A DNA stretch of 52,162 nt from the IMG/VR virus record IMGVR_UViG_3300006734_000001, positions 1 through 52,162 of that record. One strand, 5' to 3'. Both the position numbers and the translations under genes were made by a program. Below are positions 9,165 to 16,815 of this stretch, piece by piece. The DNA comes from a virus (Duplodnaviria > Caudoviricetes). Within the stretch, counting starts at the first letter, position 1; the number at the start of each line of letters is the position of its first letter. The notes beneath the pieces were generated by a model. That model did no database searches. It was not told the DNA's origin and was given only the letters and a program-made list of their open reading frames with translations.

Positions 9165-9234
9165 TTTGTTTTGTGTTGTGTTGTGTGTTGTGTTGTTGCG
9201 CGCGGAGGGATGGAACCCCCGCGCATAGGGTGAA

Positions 9235-9927
9235 TCATGCTTTTGCGATTGCTTCAGCCTTCCGCTTACTGGCGCCGTGCGCACGGAAGGCGATGATCAC
9301 GGAACGGTTTGCACGCTGGCATAGTTGGCAAGTGGCGCACGTGATATCATCCCGTTGTTGGGCAGGGCAAACGATAGCTTTTCTCCCCGCCGGCGTTTCC
9401 ATGGTTGCGGGTGCGTCCTCGGGGACAACCGCGACAACCGGACCAGCCTGCAAATCAGCCAGTCTGTCAGCATGCGCCAAGGAATTCCCGGAAAGATTGA
9501 CGGTAAAGCCGTTTGCATTTGCAAATCGAACGGATGCCCGGTTGTGTGTTTCCATGCTGGAATCCCCTTCGCATGGTTTGTGAGTATACGTGAAGCCGCG
9601 CTTCCCGGCATTTGCACGCACCAAACGCAAAAGTGCCTTGGAGTCGATATCGTCACCCTTGCCGGGAAGATCACCGGCCTGATTGTGCCTCCACACTTGG
9701 CCAATGGGAAACGATTCAATCTGGCGGACAAGGGTAGACAAAAACCCTCCCCGATCGCCTCTCGTCACTTTTTGCCAGTGCATGCCAAGGGGTCCGCCTT
9801 TAGCATAGCACCCGCCAGCCTTTAGAGGGCAAGCGTCCGGACAAGTGGAAGCGGAGGAGGTTGTGACGGGGATGGGGCCGGTTTTTACGTTTGATGATTT
9901 TAGTGTGATGTGGATGCGTGTTTTCAT
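9235..9927 (-). CDS. Cys-rich phage Gp88-like protein (possible Fe-S/radical-SAM-like fold)
   Basis: SSNVKTGPIP, TCPDACPLKAGGCYA, RHNQAGD, FTYTH, CPAQ...CATCQLC. Confidence 0.7.
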   Translation of the reverse strand: MKTRIHITLKSSNVKTGPIPVTTSSASTCPDACPLKAGGCYAKGGPLGMHWQKVTRGDRGGFLSTLVRQIESFPIGQVWRHNQAGDLPGKGDDIDSKALLRLVRANAGKRGFTYTHKPCEGDSSMETHNRASVRFANANGFTVNLSGNSLAHADRLADLQAGPVVAVVPEDAPATMETPAGRKAIVCPAQQRDDITCATCQLCQRANRSVIIAFRAHGASKRKAEAIAKA

Positions 9928-9940
9928 CGCCAATCCGCGC

Positions 9941-9957
9941 AGCACATACCATGCCAA
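9941..9957 (-). promoter_or_regulatory. Sigma54 (-24/-12) promoter P1
   Basis: TTGGCATGGTATGTGCT, exact GG-N10-GC spacing. Confidence 0.7.
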
Positions 9958-10013
9958 CCGCGACCGGGGACCGGCACCCTCAAAAATCAACGGTTTGCAC
10001 AAGCAAAATGCGC

Positions 10014-10030
10014 AGCATCTTTCGTGCCAA
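10014..10030 (-). promoter_or_regulatory. Sigma54 (-24/-12) promoter P2
   Basis: TTGGCACGAAAGATGCT. Confidence 0.75.
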
Positions 10031-10177
10031 GTCATAAAGGCATGAAGCACAACACAAAAGCAAAAGGGAGTTTTTTGCCGATAGGCAATAAATACCGGGC
10101 AAATATTGCCGAAAAGGGGCATCTTTTGCCTGCGGGCAGCGTAAAGCAAACCAGGCGAGGCATTTGCGCAAATGCGC

Positions 10178-10194
10178 AGCATGATCCATGCCAA
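10178..10194 (-). promoter_or_regulatory. Sigma54 (-24/-12) promoter P3
   Basis: TTGGCATGGATCATGCT. Confidence 0.7.
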
Positions 10195-10528
10195 GCAAAC
10201 AAGGGGAACAGGCAAACACGGGGGAATAGAACAGGCACAAGGGACAATGGGAGGAACAGGGACATGGGGAACATCGAACAGGGGAGGGCATCGAACATGG
10301 GAACCAGAAGCCGGATGGCGACAATCGGGGCGATGGACTAGGGCGAATCAAACACCCATCCGGTGGTGACAAATGCCGGGGATGGACTAGGTGAGAGAGA
10401 ATGAGGCCAGACTAGACCAGCCCTGACCAACAGCGATGTTTCATAAAAAAATGAAACGATTGAACGAATCCCCGATCCAGCTTTTCAAATCCCCTCCCCC
10501 TGATGAGACTGATAACATCCGATAGTGT

Positions 10529-10569
10529 CATCTAATGAGTAGCGCCCACCGGCCTCGTCTCATTAGATG
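10529..10569. repeat. Perfect 11-bp inverted repeat in the large non-coding region
   Basis: CATCTAATGAG-N19-CTCATTAGATG. Confidence 0.8.
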
Positions 10570-10921
10570 CCGGCATCGTTCAAAGGAATCTATTTTTGGC
10601 CGGTCCGGCGATGGCACCACCCCACCACCCCATGATACCAGATTCAGCTTGTCTTACTACGAAATATACCTCCCATGAGAAAAACCCCTTCCTCGCACCC
10701 TATGGCTCTCTCCTCCCCGCTTTCCCCTATCCTCTCTAGGCTCCCTTCTTCTCCTATTTCCATATGGGGTCTATTTGCTCCTAGGATGCCCGTAGATCGC
10801 TTTTGGTGTGGTTTGGGGTGGGGTTGCCCTTCTTCTGGGGGGAAGGGGGGTTCTACTGGCCTTCTAGGCTTGTTATTGGCGGGGGTTGACTATCCCTGCT
10901 GGTTGGGGTAGTTGGTTGGGT

Positions 10922-11218
10922 ATGCCACCGTTTTCTAGGTTCAAGTTTTCCTTGCTCCATATTCTTGGGGGGTTTCCTGTGTTTTTGATGGGGTTGGCGG
11001 GGTGGGGGGTGTTTGCCGGGGTGTTCGGGGTGTTTGTTTTTTATTGGTCTAGGGAGAGGTGTCAGTATCAGTATTTATTGAAGGGGGATCGGTCTACTTC
11101 TACTGTGTGGTATAGGGGGTGGGTTCCATTGGAGTGGGGGTTTCCGGCGCAGCTTGATCTTTACGTGCCGGTTTTGTTTTACTTGCTTGTGGCTGGGGGT
11201 GTGGTGTTGTTTGGTTGA
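10922..11218 (+). CDS. Small membrane protein
   Basis: Hydrophobic segments flank YWSRERCQ...WVPLEW...LDLYVP. Confidence 0.6.
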   Translation: MPPFSRFKFSLLHILGGFPVFLMGLAGWGVFAGVFGVFVFYWSRERCQYQYLLKGDRSTSTVWYRGWVPLEWGFPAQLDLYVPVLFYLLVAGGVVLFG

Positions 11219-11421
11219 GGGTCGGCGAGCCATGCCATGATTTCTTCTGCTATGCGGTGGCATTTGAGGTGGGCGGCGTTGCGTTCTGATTTTGCTATGG
11301 CTAGTTGTTCGCGGGCCTCGTCTCTCTCGCGCTCAAGTTTGCGGGCGTGTTCGATCATTGCAATGAAGTCCAATGGGTCATCCGTCATTGGAAGAGCATC
11401 CGTCTCTGGTGTATCACTCAT
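11179..11421 (-). CDS. Phage MSDTPxTD-family protein
   Basis: MSDTPETDA...ARKLERERDEAR. Confidence 0.75.
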   Translation of the reverse strand: MSDTPETDALPMTDDPLDFIAMIEHARKLERERDEAREQLAIAKSERNAAHLKCHRIAEEIMAWLADPQPNNTTPPATSK

Positions 11422-11461
11422 TATCGTTGACGATAGTTGTTGAAAACTCTGCTTGGTTTTT

Positions 11462-11677
11462 TCAACGGAAGCCGAAGAGGGACTTCAAGGCATCCAGATT
11501 ACCCATCGAGTCGGGGTCCAAGTAATCTCTTTTCTTGGATTCCCCCTCGCGGTAGGCGATATCCCATGTGGTATCGAACATCTTTCGGAGTCCCCTTGTG
11601 GTTAGGGTTATTTCTCCTTCTTTGGCGAATTGGGGGTTTTTTTGGACATAAAACTCCCAAAGTGACGACTTATTCAT
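11462..11677 (-). CDS. Hypothetical protein
   Basis: In a tightly packed minus-strand operon. Confidence 0.7.
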   Translation of the reverse strand: MNKSSLWEFYVQKNPQFAKEGEITLTTRGLRKMFDTTWDIAYREGESKKRDYLDPDSMGNLDALKSLFGFR

Positions 11678-11930
11678 CCTCGGTCATCTCCGCGAGTTTC
11701 GCGTTGATATCATCCCGCATGAGTGAGTGGACCTGTTCCTTGGCTCCGTGGTAGGCCGCGATGAGTCCATGGATTGTTGACAGGCTGCATTGGTCATCCT
11801 CGGAGGTATATTCCTCCAAGACATCTCCGATGAGTAGAGCCTGCATCTGGAGGCTGATAATTTTCTTCGACTTGTATTCCAACCCCTCATTGAGGCGTTC
11901 GATCTCTTCTGCCATTTCTTCTTTTTTCAT
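11670..11930 (-). CDS. Hypothetical protein
   Basis: Operon packing. Confidence 0.7.
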   Translation of the reverse strand: MKKEEMAEEIERLNEGLEYKSKKIISLQMQALLIGDVLEEYTSEDDQCSLSTIHGLIAAYHGAKEQVHSLMRDDINAKLAEMTEDE

Positions 11931-11998
11931 ATTGTGTTGGTATACCCTTTCGGGCTTTATTCATGTATGCGCGATGAGTTTATACCTTATCGGTGGCA

Positions 11999-12196
11999 TC
12001 AAGCCTCGACTTCCTCATCATCCTCATCCTCATCATCTTGGTCAACCGAGTTTGCGACCAGTTCATGGATTTTGACATGAAGTGTCCCGATCATGGCGGC
12101 GAGGGACATGTCGAACTCGTCGCTATACCGTTGGAGCAAGCGGTCGAGATCGTCATCGAAGCAACCAATCTGGGTTCTCTCATCCATGAAGGTCAT
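11999..12196 (-). CDS. Small acidic hypothetical protein
   Basis: Operon packing; D/E tail. Confidence 0.65.
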   Translation of the reverse strand: MTFMDERTQIGCFDDDLDRLLQRYSDEFDMSLAAMIGTLHVKIHELVANSVDQDDEDEDDEEVEA

Positions 12197-12209
12197 GGTA
12201 ATCTTTTTC

Positions 12210-12464
12210 CTATTTGATGTCTACTCCTTTTACTGGGATGCCGATTTTTCTGACTGCCTGCTCGGCGCAGAATTGTATTGCTGCCAGCTTGTCTTTCTCA
12301 TCGCCGGGGATGTAGGTAGTCCAGAACTGCGGGACGGTATTGTGGCTTACCTCGATGGTTGGTTCTTCGTTGTATGTCCCCTCGCTTACGGTATAGCCGG
12401 ACTTCACGAGGTTCTTCGTTAGGTCATCGGAGTTCATAGCATTGAGATAATGGTAATCACCCAT
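12210..12464 (-). CDS. Hypothetical protein
   Basis: Operon packing. Confidence 0.65.
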   Translation of the reverse strand: MGDYHYLNAMNSDDLTKNLVKSGYTVSEGTYNEEPTIEVSHNTVPQFWTTYIPGDEKDKLAAIQFCAEQAVRKIGIPVKGVDIK

Positions 12465-12491
12465 AGGGCGATTAGGAGTAATATGAGGATA

Positions 12492-12677
12492 TTAAAAAGT
12501 GATTGGGTCATTGATATCTCCTATGTAGTTTTCGGTGTGGCACAGGGGGCATTGGGTGAGGTCCGGTTCCTCCCGGTGGTCGATCATGCTGTAGATGATG
12601 GCAATGACGAACATTGATAGGAGGAAGACAATGACCGATGCTTCTGGCGAGAATCCCTTGGGGGTTTTGTTTTTCAT
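12492..12677 (-). CDS. Small membrane protein with CxxC
   Basis: One TM segment followed by CPLC. Confidence 0.6.
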   Translation of the reverse strand: MKNKTPKGFSPEASVIVFLLSMFVIAIIYSMIDHREEPDLTQCPLCHTENYIGDINDPITF

Positions 12678-12723
12678 CGCGCCCATCATGGGTTTCCCCC
12701 TTGGTGCTGTCAACACTTTTTTG

Positions 12724-12924
12724 TTACCTCTGGAGAAATTTCAGCTTCTCATACTCTCCAAGGATGCGCTCCCTGTCTTGCCGGGTGATCTCATCCTTGT
12801 AAAGAATGGCGGCTAGTTCCTTCGCCATATTCTCCCATGCCATGCACTTGGCGCAGGTTCCAGCTACTCCAAGGTGGTCACGCCAACTGATCTCGCAGGC
12901 CGGGCAGTATTCTCTTATTTCCAT
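12724..12924 (-). CDS. Small zinc-finger-like protein
   Basis: CPAC...H...TC. Confidence 0.6.
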   Translation of the reverse strand: MEIREYCPACEISWRDHLGVAGTCAKCMAWENMAKELAAILYKDEITRQDRERILGEYEKLKFLQR

Positions 12925-13087
12925 GTTTGTTCCAGTTTTTGAAGCCTCCGAAGTCTCGGGGCTGGGTTACGACATCGTGGATTTCGCAGACATCACACTT
13001 GCCAAAATGCCAAGTGGAGACTGCCCTTTGGCCGCTTCCGTGCTTCAGGCCGCATTCTTTGCATGTCCAAGTAGGATATGGTTTCAT
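12878..13087 (-). CDS. Zinc-ribbon protein
   Basis: CKECG...STWHFGKCDVC...TQPRDFG. Confidence 0.7.
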   Translation of the reverse strand: MKPYPTWTCKECGLKHGSGQRAVSTWHFGKCDVCEIHDVVTQPRDFGGFKNWNKHGNKRILPGLRDQLA

Positions 13088-13635
13088 TCGCAGGAATTTA
13101 TCGTTGACGATAATTTGAGCATGGGAAGTTTGTCCAATGGCTTGATGAAAGAATCATCAATGAAAGTAATCCGGTTGGTGGGTTGGATGGTCAGCCTACC
13201 ATTGTCTAGCTGGATAAAGTAAAACGTTTTATCTTGCTCTGGGCAGTTGCTCCACCCCTCCTCCAAGTGAGTCACCTCAAAGAGGTAGATACCGGAGTGG
13301 ATGGTATCGCCGATCTTGGCGTTCATTCCGATCCCCTTGAGGATGGGGTTCTCAATGGCTGTGAAGTGGTAGGAGTAGCAGTCCCAGAGTTGAGCTTGTG
13401 GCGCGGCCCAATCCCTCCCGCAATTGGTATCAAATGATACCGCGTGTGGTGGAATATTGCGGTAGAGCATACCGCCCTCGCGGAAGATCACATTCAGCCC
13501 CCACATCCTGCCGGGGATCGAGGTAATCCCGACCCACATGGCTTCCTGCCACCCACAGTCTTCTTCGTGGGTAAAGCGTGAGTCCACCTGTATGTAAAGG
13601 TGGTATGGTATTGCGCCTATCTTGGAGTAGATCAT
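13084..13635 (-). CDS. Conserved phage hypothetical protein
   Basis: LYRNIPPHA, QLWDCYS, LDNGRLTIQPTNR. Confidence 0.75.
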   Translation of the reverse strand: MIYSKIGAIPYHLYIQVDSRFTHEEDCGWQEAMWVGITSIPGRMWGLNVIFREGGMLYRNIPPHAVSFDTNCGRDWAAPQAQLWDCYSYHFTAIENPILKGIGMNAKIGDTIHSGIYLFEVTHLEEGWSNCPEQDKTFYFIQLDNGRLTIQPTNRITFIDDSFIKPLDKLPMLKLSSTINSCE

Positions 13636-13874
13636 TTCATTGATTTGGCACCCCGGCACTTCCACTTCTTGCGCGAAAGATTATTAGGGGAGTTTGGATC
13701 ATTCTTCCAGTTGCCCTTGATTTTCAATGACCTAGCGCAATATGCGTCACCCTTGGCCGTGCCCGGACGAATACGATCACCACCATCTTTAGCCTTGCCA
13801 GCTTGCCCGTATTTGACCGTTTTAGTCCTACCAGTCTTGGGGTTTTTTACCACCTTCTTGAATCGCTTTTCCAT
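13632..13874 (-). CDS. Small basic protein (DUF6321-like)
   Basis: KTVKYGQAG...AYCARS...NLSRKKWKC. Confidence 0.7.
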   Translation of the reverse strand: MEKRFKKVVKNPKTGRTKTVKYGQAGKAKDGGDRIRPGTAKGDAYCARSLKIKGNWKNDPNSPNNLSRKKWKCRGAKSMK

Positions 13875-13875
13875 A

Positions 13876-14022
13876 TTACTTCTTCTTCGCAGTCTTTTTT
13901 GACTCCCGCCATGCTTTGTCTGTAGGTGCGCCCTTACTACCGGGCTTCCTCATTTTCTCACCGCTACCCGCTGCGATGCGCTTCCTTTTTGCGTTAACAT
14001 TGGCATACAATCCTTTTTTCAT
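13876..14022 (-). CDS. Small basic protein
   Basis: MKKGLYANVNAKRKRIAAGSGEKMRKPGSKGAPT... (48 aa, below the track cut-off). Confidence 0.8.
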   Translation of the reverse strand: MKKGLYANVNAKRKRIAAGSGEKMRKPGSKGAPTDKAWRESKKTAKKK

Positions 14023-14111
14023 TTGAAGAAGAATCCTATAATTGCTCTTTTGATTTTACTTAAAGAAAATGCTTTCTCTTTGAGATCACACCCGCAGATA
14101 GTGCATTTCAT
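14019..14111 (-). CDS. Very small CxxC protein
   Basis: MKCTICGCDLK..., 30 aa; ATGA overlaps on both sides. Confidence 0.45.
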   Translation of the reverse strand: MKCTICGCDLKEKAFSLSKIKRAIIGFFFK

Positions 14112-14263
14112 TTCTTTTTTTTCTTGGACATTCCCGCTTCAGACATGGCGATTGCCACGGCCTGCTTGCGCGACTTGACGACTGGCCCCTTCTTGGAACC
14201 CGAGTGCAGTTTACCTTTCGAGTATTCCCGCATTACTTTCTCTACTTTCTTTTTACCTTTCAT
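14108..14263 (-). CDS. Small basic protein (DUF6496-like)
   Basis: KVEKVMREYSKGKLHSGSKKGPVVKSRKQAVAIAMSEA. Confidence 0.8.
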   Translation of the reverse strand: MKGKKKVEKVMREYSKGKLHSGSKKGPVVKSRKQAVAIAMSEAGMSKKKKK

Positions 14264-14592
14264 AGTTTTATAGCTTCCATCCCATCTCGTAGTAGTTTGA
14301 AGAACAGGTCAGCCGACATGGTAACTTTCCAGTCTTTATTGGATTTCTTGTGCGCGACGATGAATTGCTTCCCGCCGGAATCTCTATAAGCCTGATCGAA
14401 TGCTTTATCAAGGCTGAGGTTCTCCACGAACTTGACCTCCATGTGGAGGTTGTTTAGTTCCTCGCAGATGACATCCGGGCTTTCTATGCCGCCAGCGTAT
14501 TGCTGACCACGGCGGGCGGTAAAGCCTTGGGCGAGGAGTTCGTCCCGCCAGAGTCTCTCACCGCGCTTACCCTTCTGTCGGGAGTTGATCAT
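14260..14592 (-). CDS. Holliday junction resolvase (Hjc-like PD-(D/E)XK)
   Basis: NSRQKGKRGER, SPDV, HMEVK. Confidence 0.82.
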   Translation of the reverse strand: MINSRQKGKRGERLWRDELLAQGFTARRGQQYAGGIESPDVICEELNNLHMEVKFVENLSLDKAFDQAYRDSGGKQFIVAHKKSNKDWKVTMSADLFFKLLRDGMEAIKL

Positions 14593-14815
14593 CTCGGCAA
14601 TCCTTAATCATTTGGTCAATCGCCTCCCTAAGAACGGGCCATTCATCGGGAGTTATCTGGACCGTGCCCATCGCTGCGTTATCGTCGCTTTGGACCACCC
14701 GCACAAACTCGCCAGCGGCCTCGTCTTCAATGACGATATCGGTCGCGGCTTCGCTGAATAGCTTTTCGCCCTCTGGCAATACCGTTAGTTTTGTCACTCT
14801 TTTTTCGTATTTCAT
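14567..14815 (-). CDS. Hypothetical protein
   Basis: MKYEKRVT...IEDEAAGEFV...EWP. Confidence 0.7.
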   Translation of the reverse strand: MKYEKRVTKLTVLPEGEKLFSEAATDIVIEDEAAGEFVRVVQSDDNAAMGTVQITPDEWPVLREAIDQMIKDCRDDQLPTEG

Positions 14816-15096
14816 TTCTTTTCTGTCAGAAATTTGATTGCCTTTTCCTTCACCAAGTCCCACGCCTCACGGTCGCAATCGTCACCTAATGGTTCCCAGT
14901 CTGGTTTCTTTTCCGCCTCCTCGTAAGCCTTGAGGAGTTCTTGCCCGATCATTTCCCTTGTTGTGGGCATCAAGTGGTCCCACGCCTTGGCCAAGTCTTT
15001 GGCGAATGCACAGGTTGCGATTGTTCGCCTTCCGAGGAAGTAGCGGAACGAGCAATGGATTAGCTCATCCGCATCGAAGAAGTCGATTGCCTTCAT
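14812..15096 (-). CDS. Hypothetical protein
   Basis: SFRYFLGRRT motif; ATGA overlaps. Confidence 0.75.
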   Translation of the reverse strand: MKAIDFFDADELIHCSFRYFLGRRTIATCAFAKDLAKAWDHLMPTTREMIGQELLKAYEEAEKKPDWEPLGDDCDREAWDLVKEKAIKFLTEKK

Positions 15097-15377
15097 ACCA
15101 AGTCTGGTAGTCTGCGGTTTTGTTTCTGCTCGTAGAGGTATTCAGATACCTTCTCCAAGGTATGCTGGCAACCATTGACCGTCTTCGGCTCGTATTGCTC
15201 GGTTTCGTCGTTCCAGACTTCTGTCTTGAACTCACCGAACTCACCAGCACCATACTTGAGGAAGGAGCGGATTTCGTTCAGCAAATCCTCGATTGCCAGT
15301 AAGGCGTCCGTTCCAGCTAAAGCGTAGCTGTGTTCATCCATCTCTTCGGGCAAATTGAATTCCAACGTCGCTTTCAT
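15093..15377 (-). CDS. Hypothetical protein
   Basis: MKATLEFNLPEE is a common phage N-terminus. Confidence 0.75.
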   Translation of the reverse strand: MKATLEFNLPEEMDEHSYALAGTDALLAIEDLLNEIRSFLKYGAGEFGEFKTEVWNDETEQYEPKTVNGCQHTLEKVSEYLYEQKQNRRLPDLV

Positions 15378-15387
15378 CGTGGTCAGT

Positions 15388-15570
15388 CTAGAATGGGCAG
15401 AGGTCTTCTGTCAATTCCTTTTTGTTGTCAAAGTAGAACTCCTTGAGGAATACCGCATCCTTGTAGTGCTGCTCGGCAATGTGATACTTCTCTGTGATCT
15501 TGCGCTCCCAGATTTGGGTGGCCTTGTCGAGTAGGCGGTATGCCTTCAGATATGCTTCGTCGGTTGTCAT
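15388..15570 (-). CDS. Hypothetical protein
   Basis: ATGA overlap with the DnaB stop. Confidence 0.65.
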   Translation of the reverse strand: MTTDEAYLKAYRLLDKATQIWERKITEKYHIAEQHYKDAVFLKEFYFDNKKELTEDLCPF

Positions 15571-16796
15571 GCTTCCTTGAGTTTGCTGATTTCCCCGTCC
15601 ATCTCGATTTGGAAGGAATAGTTCCTCGCTCCTCGTCTATTCTTGTCCACGAAGACTACAGACTTCTTCTCCGAGTGCTTGATCAGGATGAGTTGGTTGG
15701 AGTGTTGCTTGATGGCGCGGGACTCGCGGACCTTACCATCGTCGTTCAACTGGCTTCCCGTGATGATGGGAACCTTGAGCTTGGTGGCCAAGTTCTTGAG
15801 CTTCCTAGCGATATCCGATACTTGTTGCTCGCGGCTGTCGGCGTCCGACGACTCTACGATTTGTAGGTAATCGACCACAATCACATCAGCCTTGCCAAGC
15901 ATATTGAGCCTCTCGGACTCCGCGATGATCGAGGATAGGTCGGTAATATCGTCAACGATAATCAACGATTTCGACTTGAGCTTCATAATCGCCTTGGAGA
16001 TGAGGGGTATCTCGTTTTTGTGGGTGGTCTTGTATTCATCTGGGGAGCGGATGGGCAGGCTAGCCGTGCTGGCAACCATCCTCTCAAAGATGTCTGTCTT
16101 ATCCATCTCCAGAGAGAAGAACAAGACCGACTTGCCTTCGATGAGGTTGGCGAGGGCGGCTTGCACCATGAAGATCGACTTTCCCCCGCCGGATTCGGAA
16201 GCCACGGTGAGTAGCTCGCCACCGTGCATCCCACCCTTCATGTTCCTATCCAGATAGATAAGCCCGGTGGGGAAGCAAGGACGGTCCAGCTTACCCTCCA
16301 TCTGGTCCACCAGCTTGTGGGCGATATCCTTTGCCGTCGATAGGGTGGCATTGCGGTCCCGCTGGGTGGCGGATAGCTTCTCGGCGAACTCCGAGATGTC
16401 GGCAGTCCCCCGCCTAATCTTCGGCTCATACTCCTGCATCAAGACAAGGGAATCGCGGTAGCCACGGTAGCGGACCAACTGGCGGCGGTATTCCTCCGCC
16501 ATCTCCTTGCCGATATCACTCTTCTTGATCGTATGGGCGGAGAGGATATCCATCACCGCATCCCTGCCGCCGAGCTTCTCAAGCACACCCATCGACTCTA
16601 GCTCTGAAATGGTCGAGAATTCGTCGCAGTCGTTCGTCCGCTGGTAGACCCTTTGGATCGCATCAAAGACGCTCCTGTGGTCTTCTAGGGCGAAATAATC
16701 GCTATGCCAGACTTGGCAGCCAAGTATGTCGGGGTCGTTGGCGATCAGCGAGAGGGAACCAATCTCCGCGTTTCTGTGTATTGGTGCTGTTTTCAT
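15567..16796 (-). CDS. dnaB: Replicative DnaB-like helicase
   Basis: SESGGGKS Walker A, FFSLEM, VVDYLQ, SQLN, RESRAIKQ, DKNRRG. Confidence 0.93.
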   Translation of the reverse strand: MKTAPIHRNAEIGSLSLIANDPDILGCQVWHSDYFALEDHRSVFDAIQRVYQRTNDCDEFSTISELESMGVLEKLGGRDAVMDILSAHTIKKSDIGKEMAEEYRRQLVRYRGYRDSLVLMQEYEPKIRRGTADISEFAEKLSATQRDRNATLSTAKDIAHKLVDQMEGKLDRPCFPTGLIYLDRNMKGGMHGGELLTVASESGGGKSIFMVQAALANLIEGKSVLFFSLEMDKTDIFERMVASTASLPIRSPDEYKTTHKNEIPLISKAIMKLKSKSLIIVDDITDLSSIIAESERLNMLGKADVIVVDYLQIVESSDADSREQQVSDIARKLKNLATKLKVPIITGSQLNDDGKVRESRAIKQHSNQLILIKHSEKKSVVFVDKNRRGARNYSFQIEMDGEISKLKEA

Positions 16797-16815
16797 TTTA
16801 TCGGTAACGATAATC

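Larger units (their letters stand above)
7939..9237 (-). repeat. Three copies of a ~39-nt intergenic hairpin element
   Basis: 7939-7977, 8366-8403 and 9198-9237; minus-strand form stop-TTCACYYTATGCGCGGGGGTYCSATCCC... Confidence 0.9.

Noticed and set aside
7939-9237. Hairpin repeats as tRNA genes or a CRISPR array
   Set aside because: No D or anticodon arm; intervals are whole genes of 400-800 bp
10500-10570. CTGATGAG as a hammerhead ribozyme core
   Set aside because: No properly placed stem II followed by GAAA
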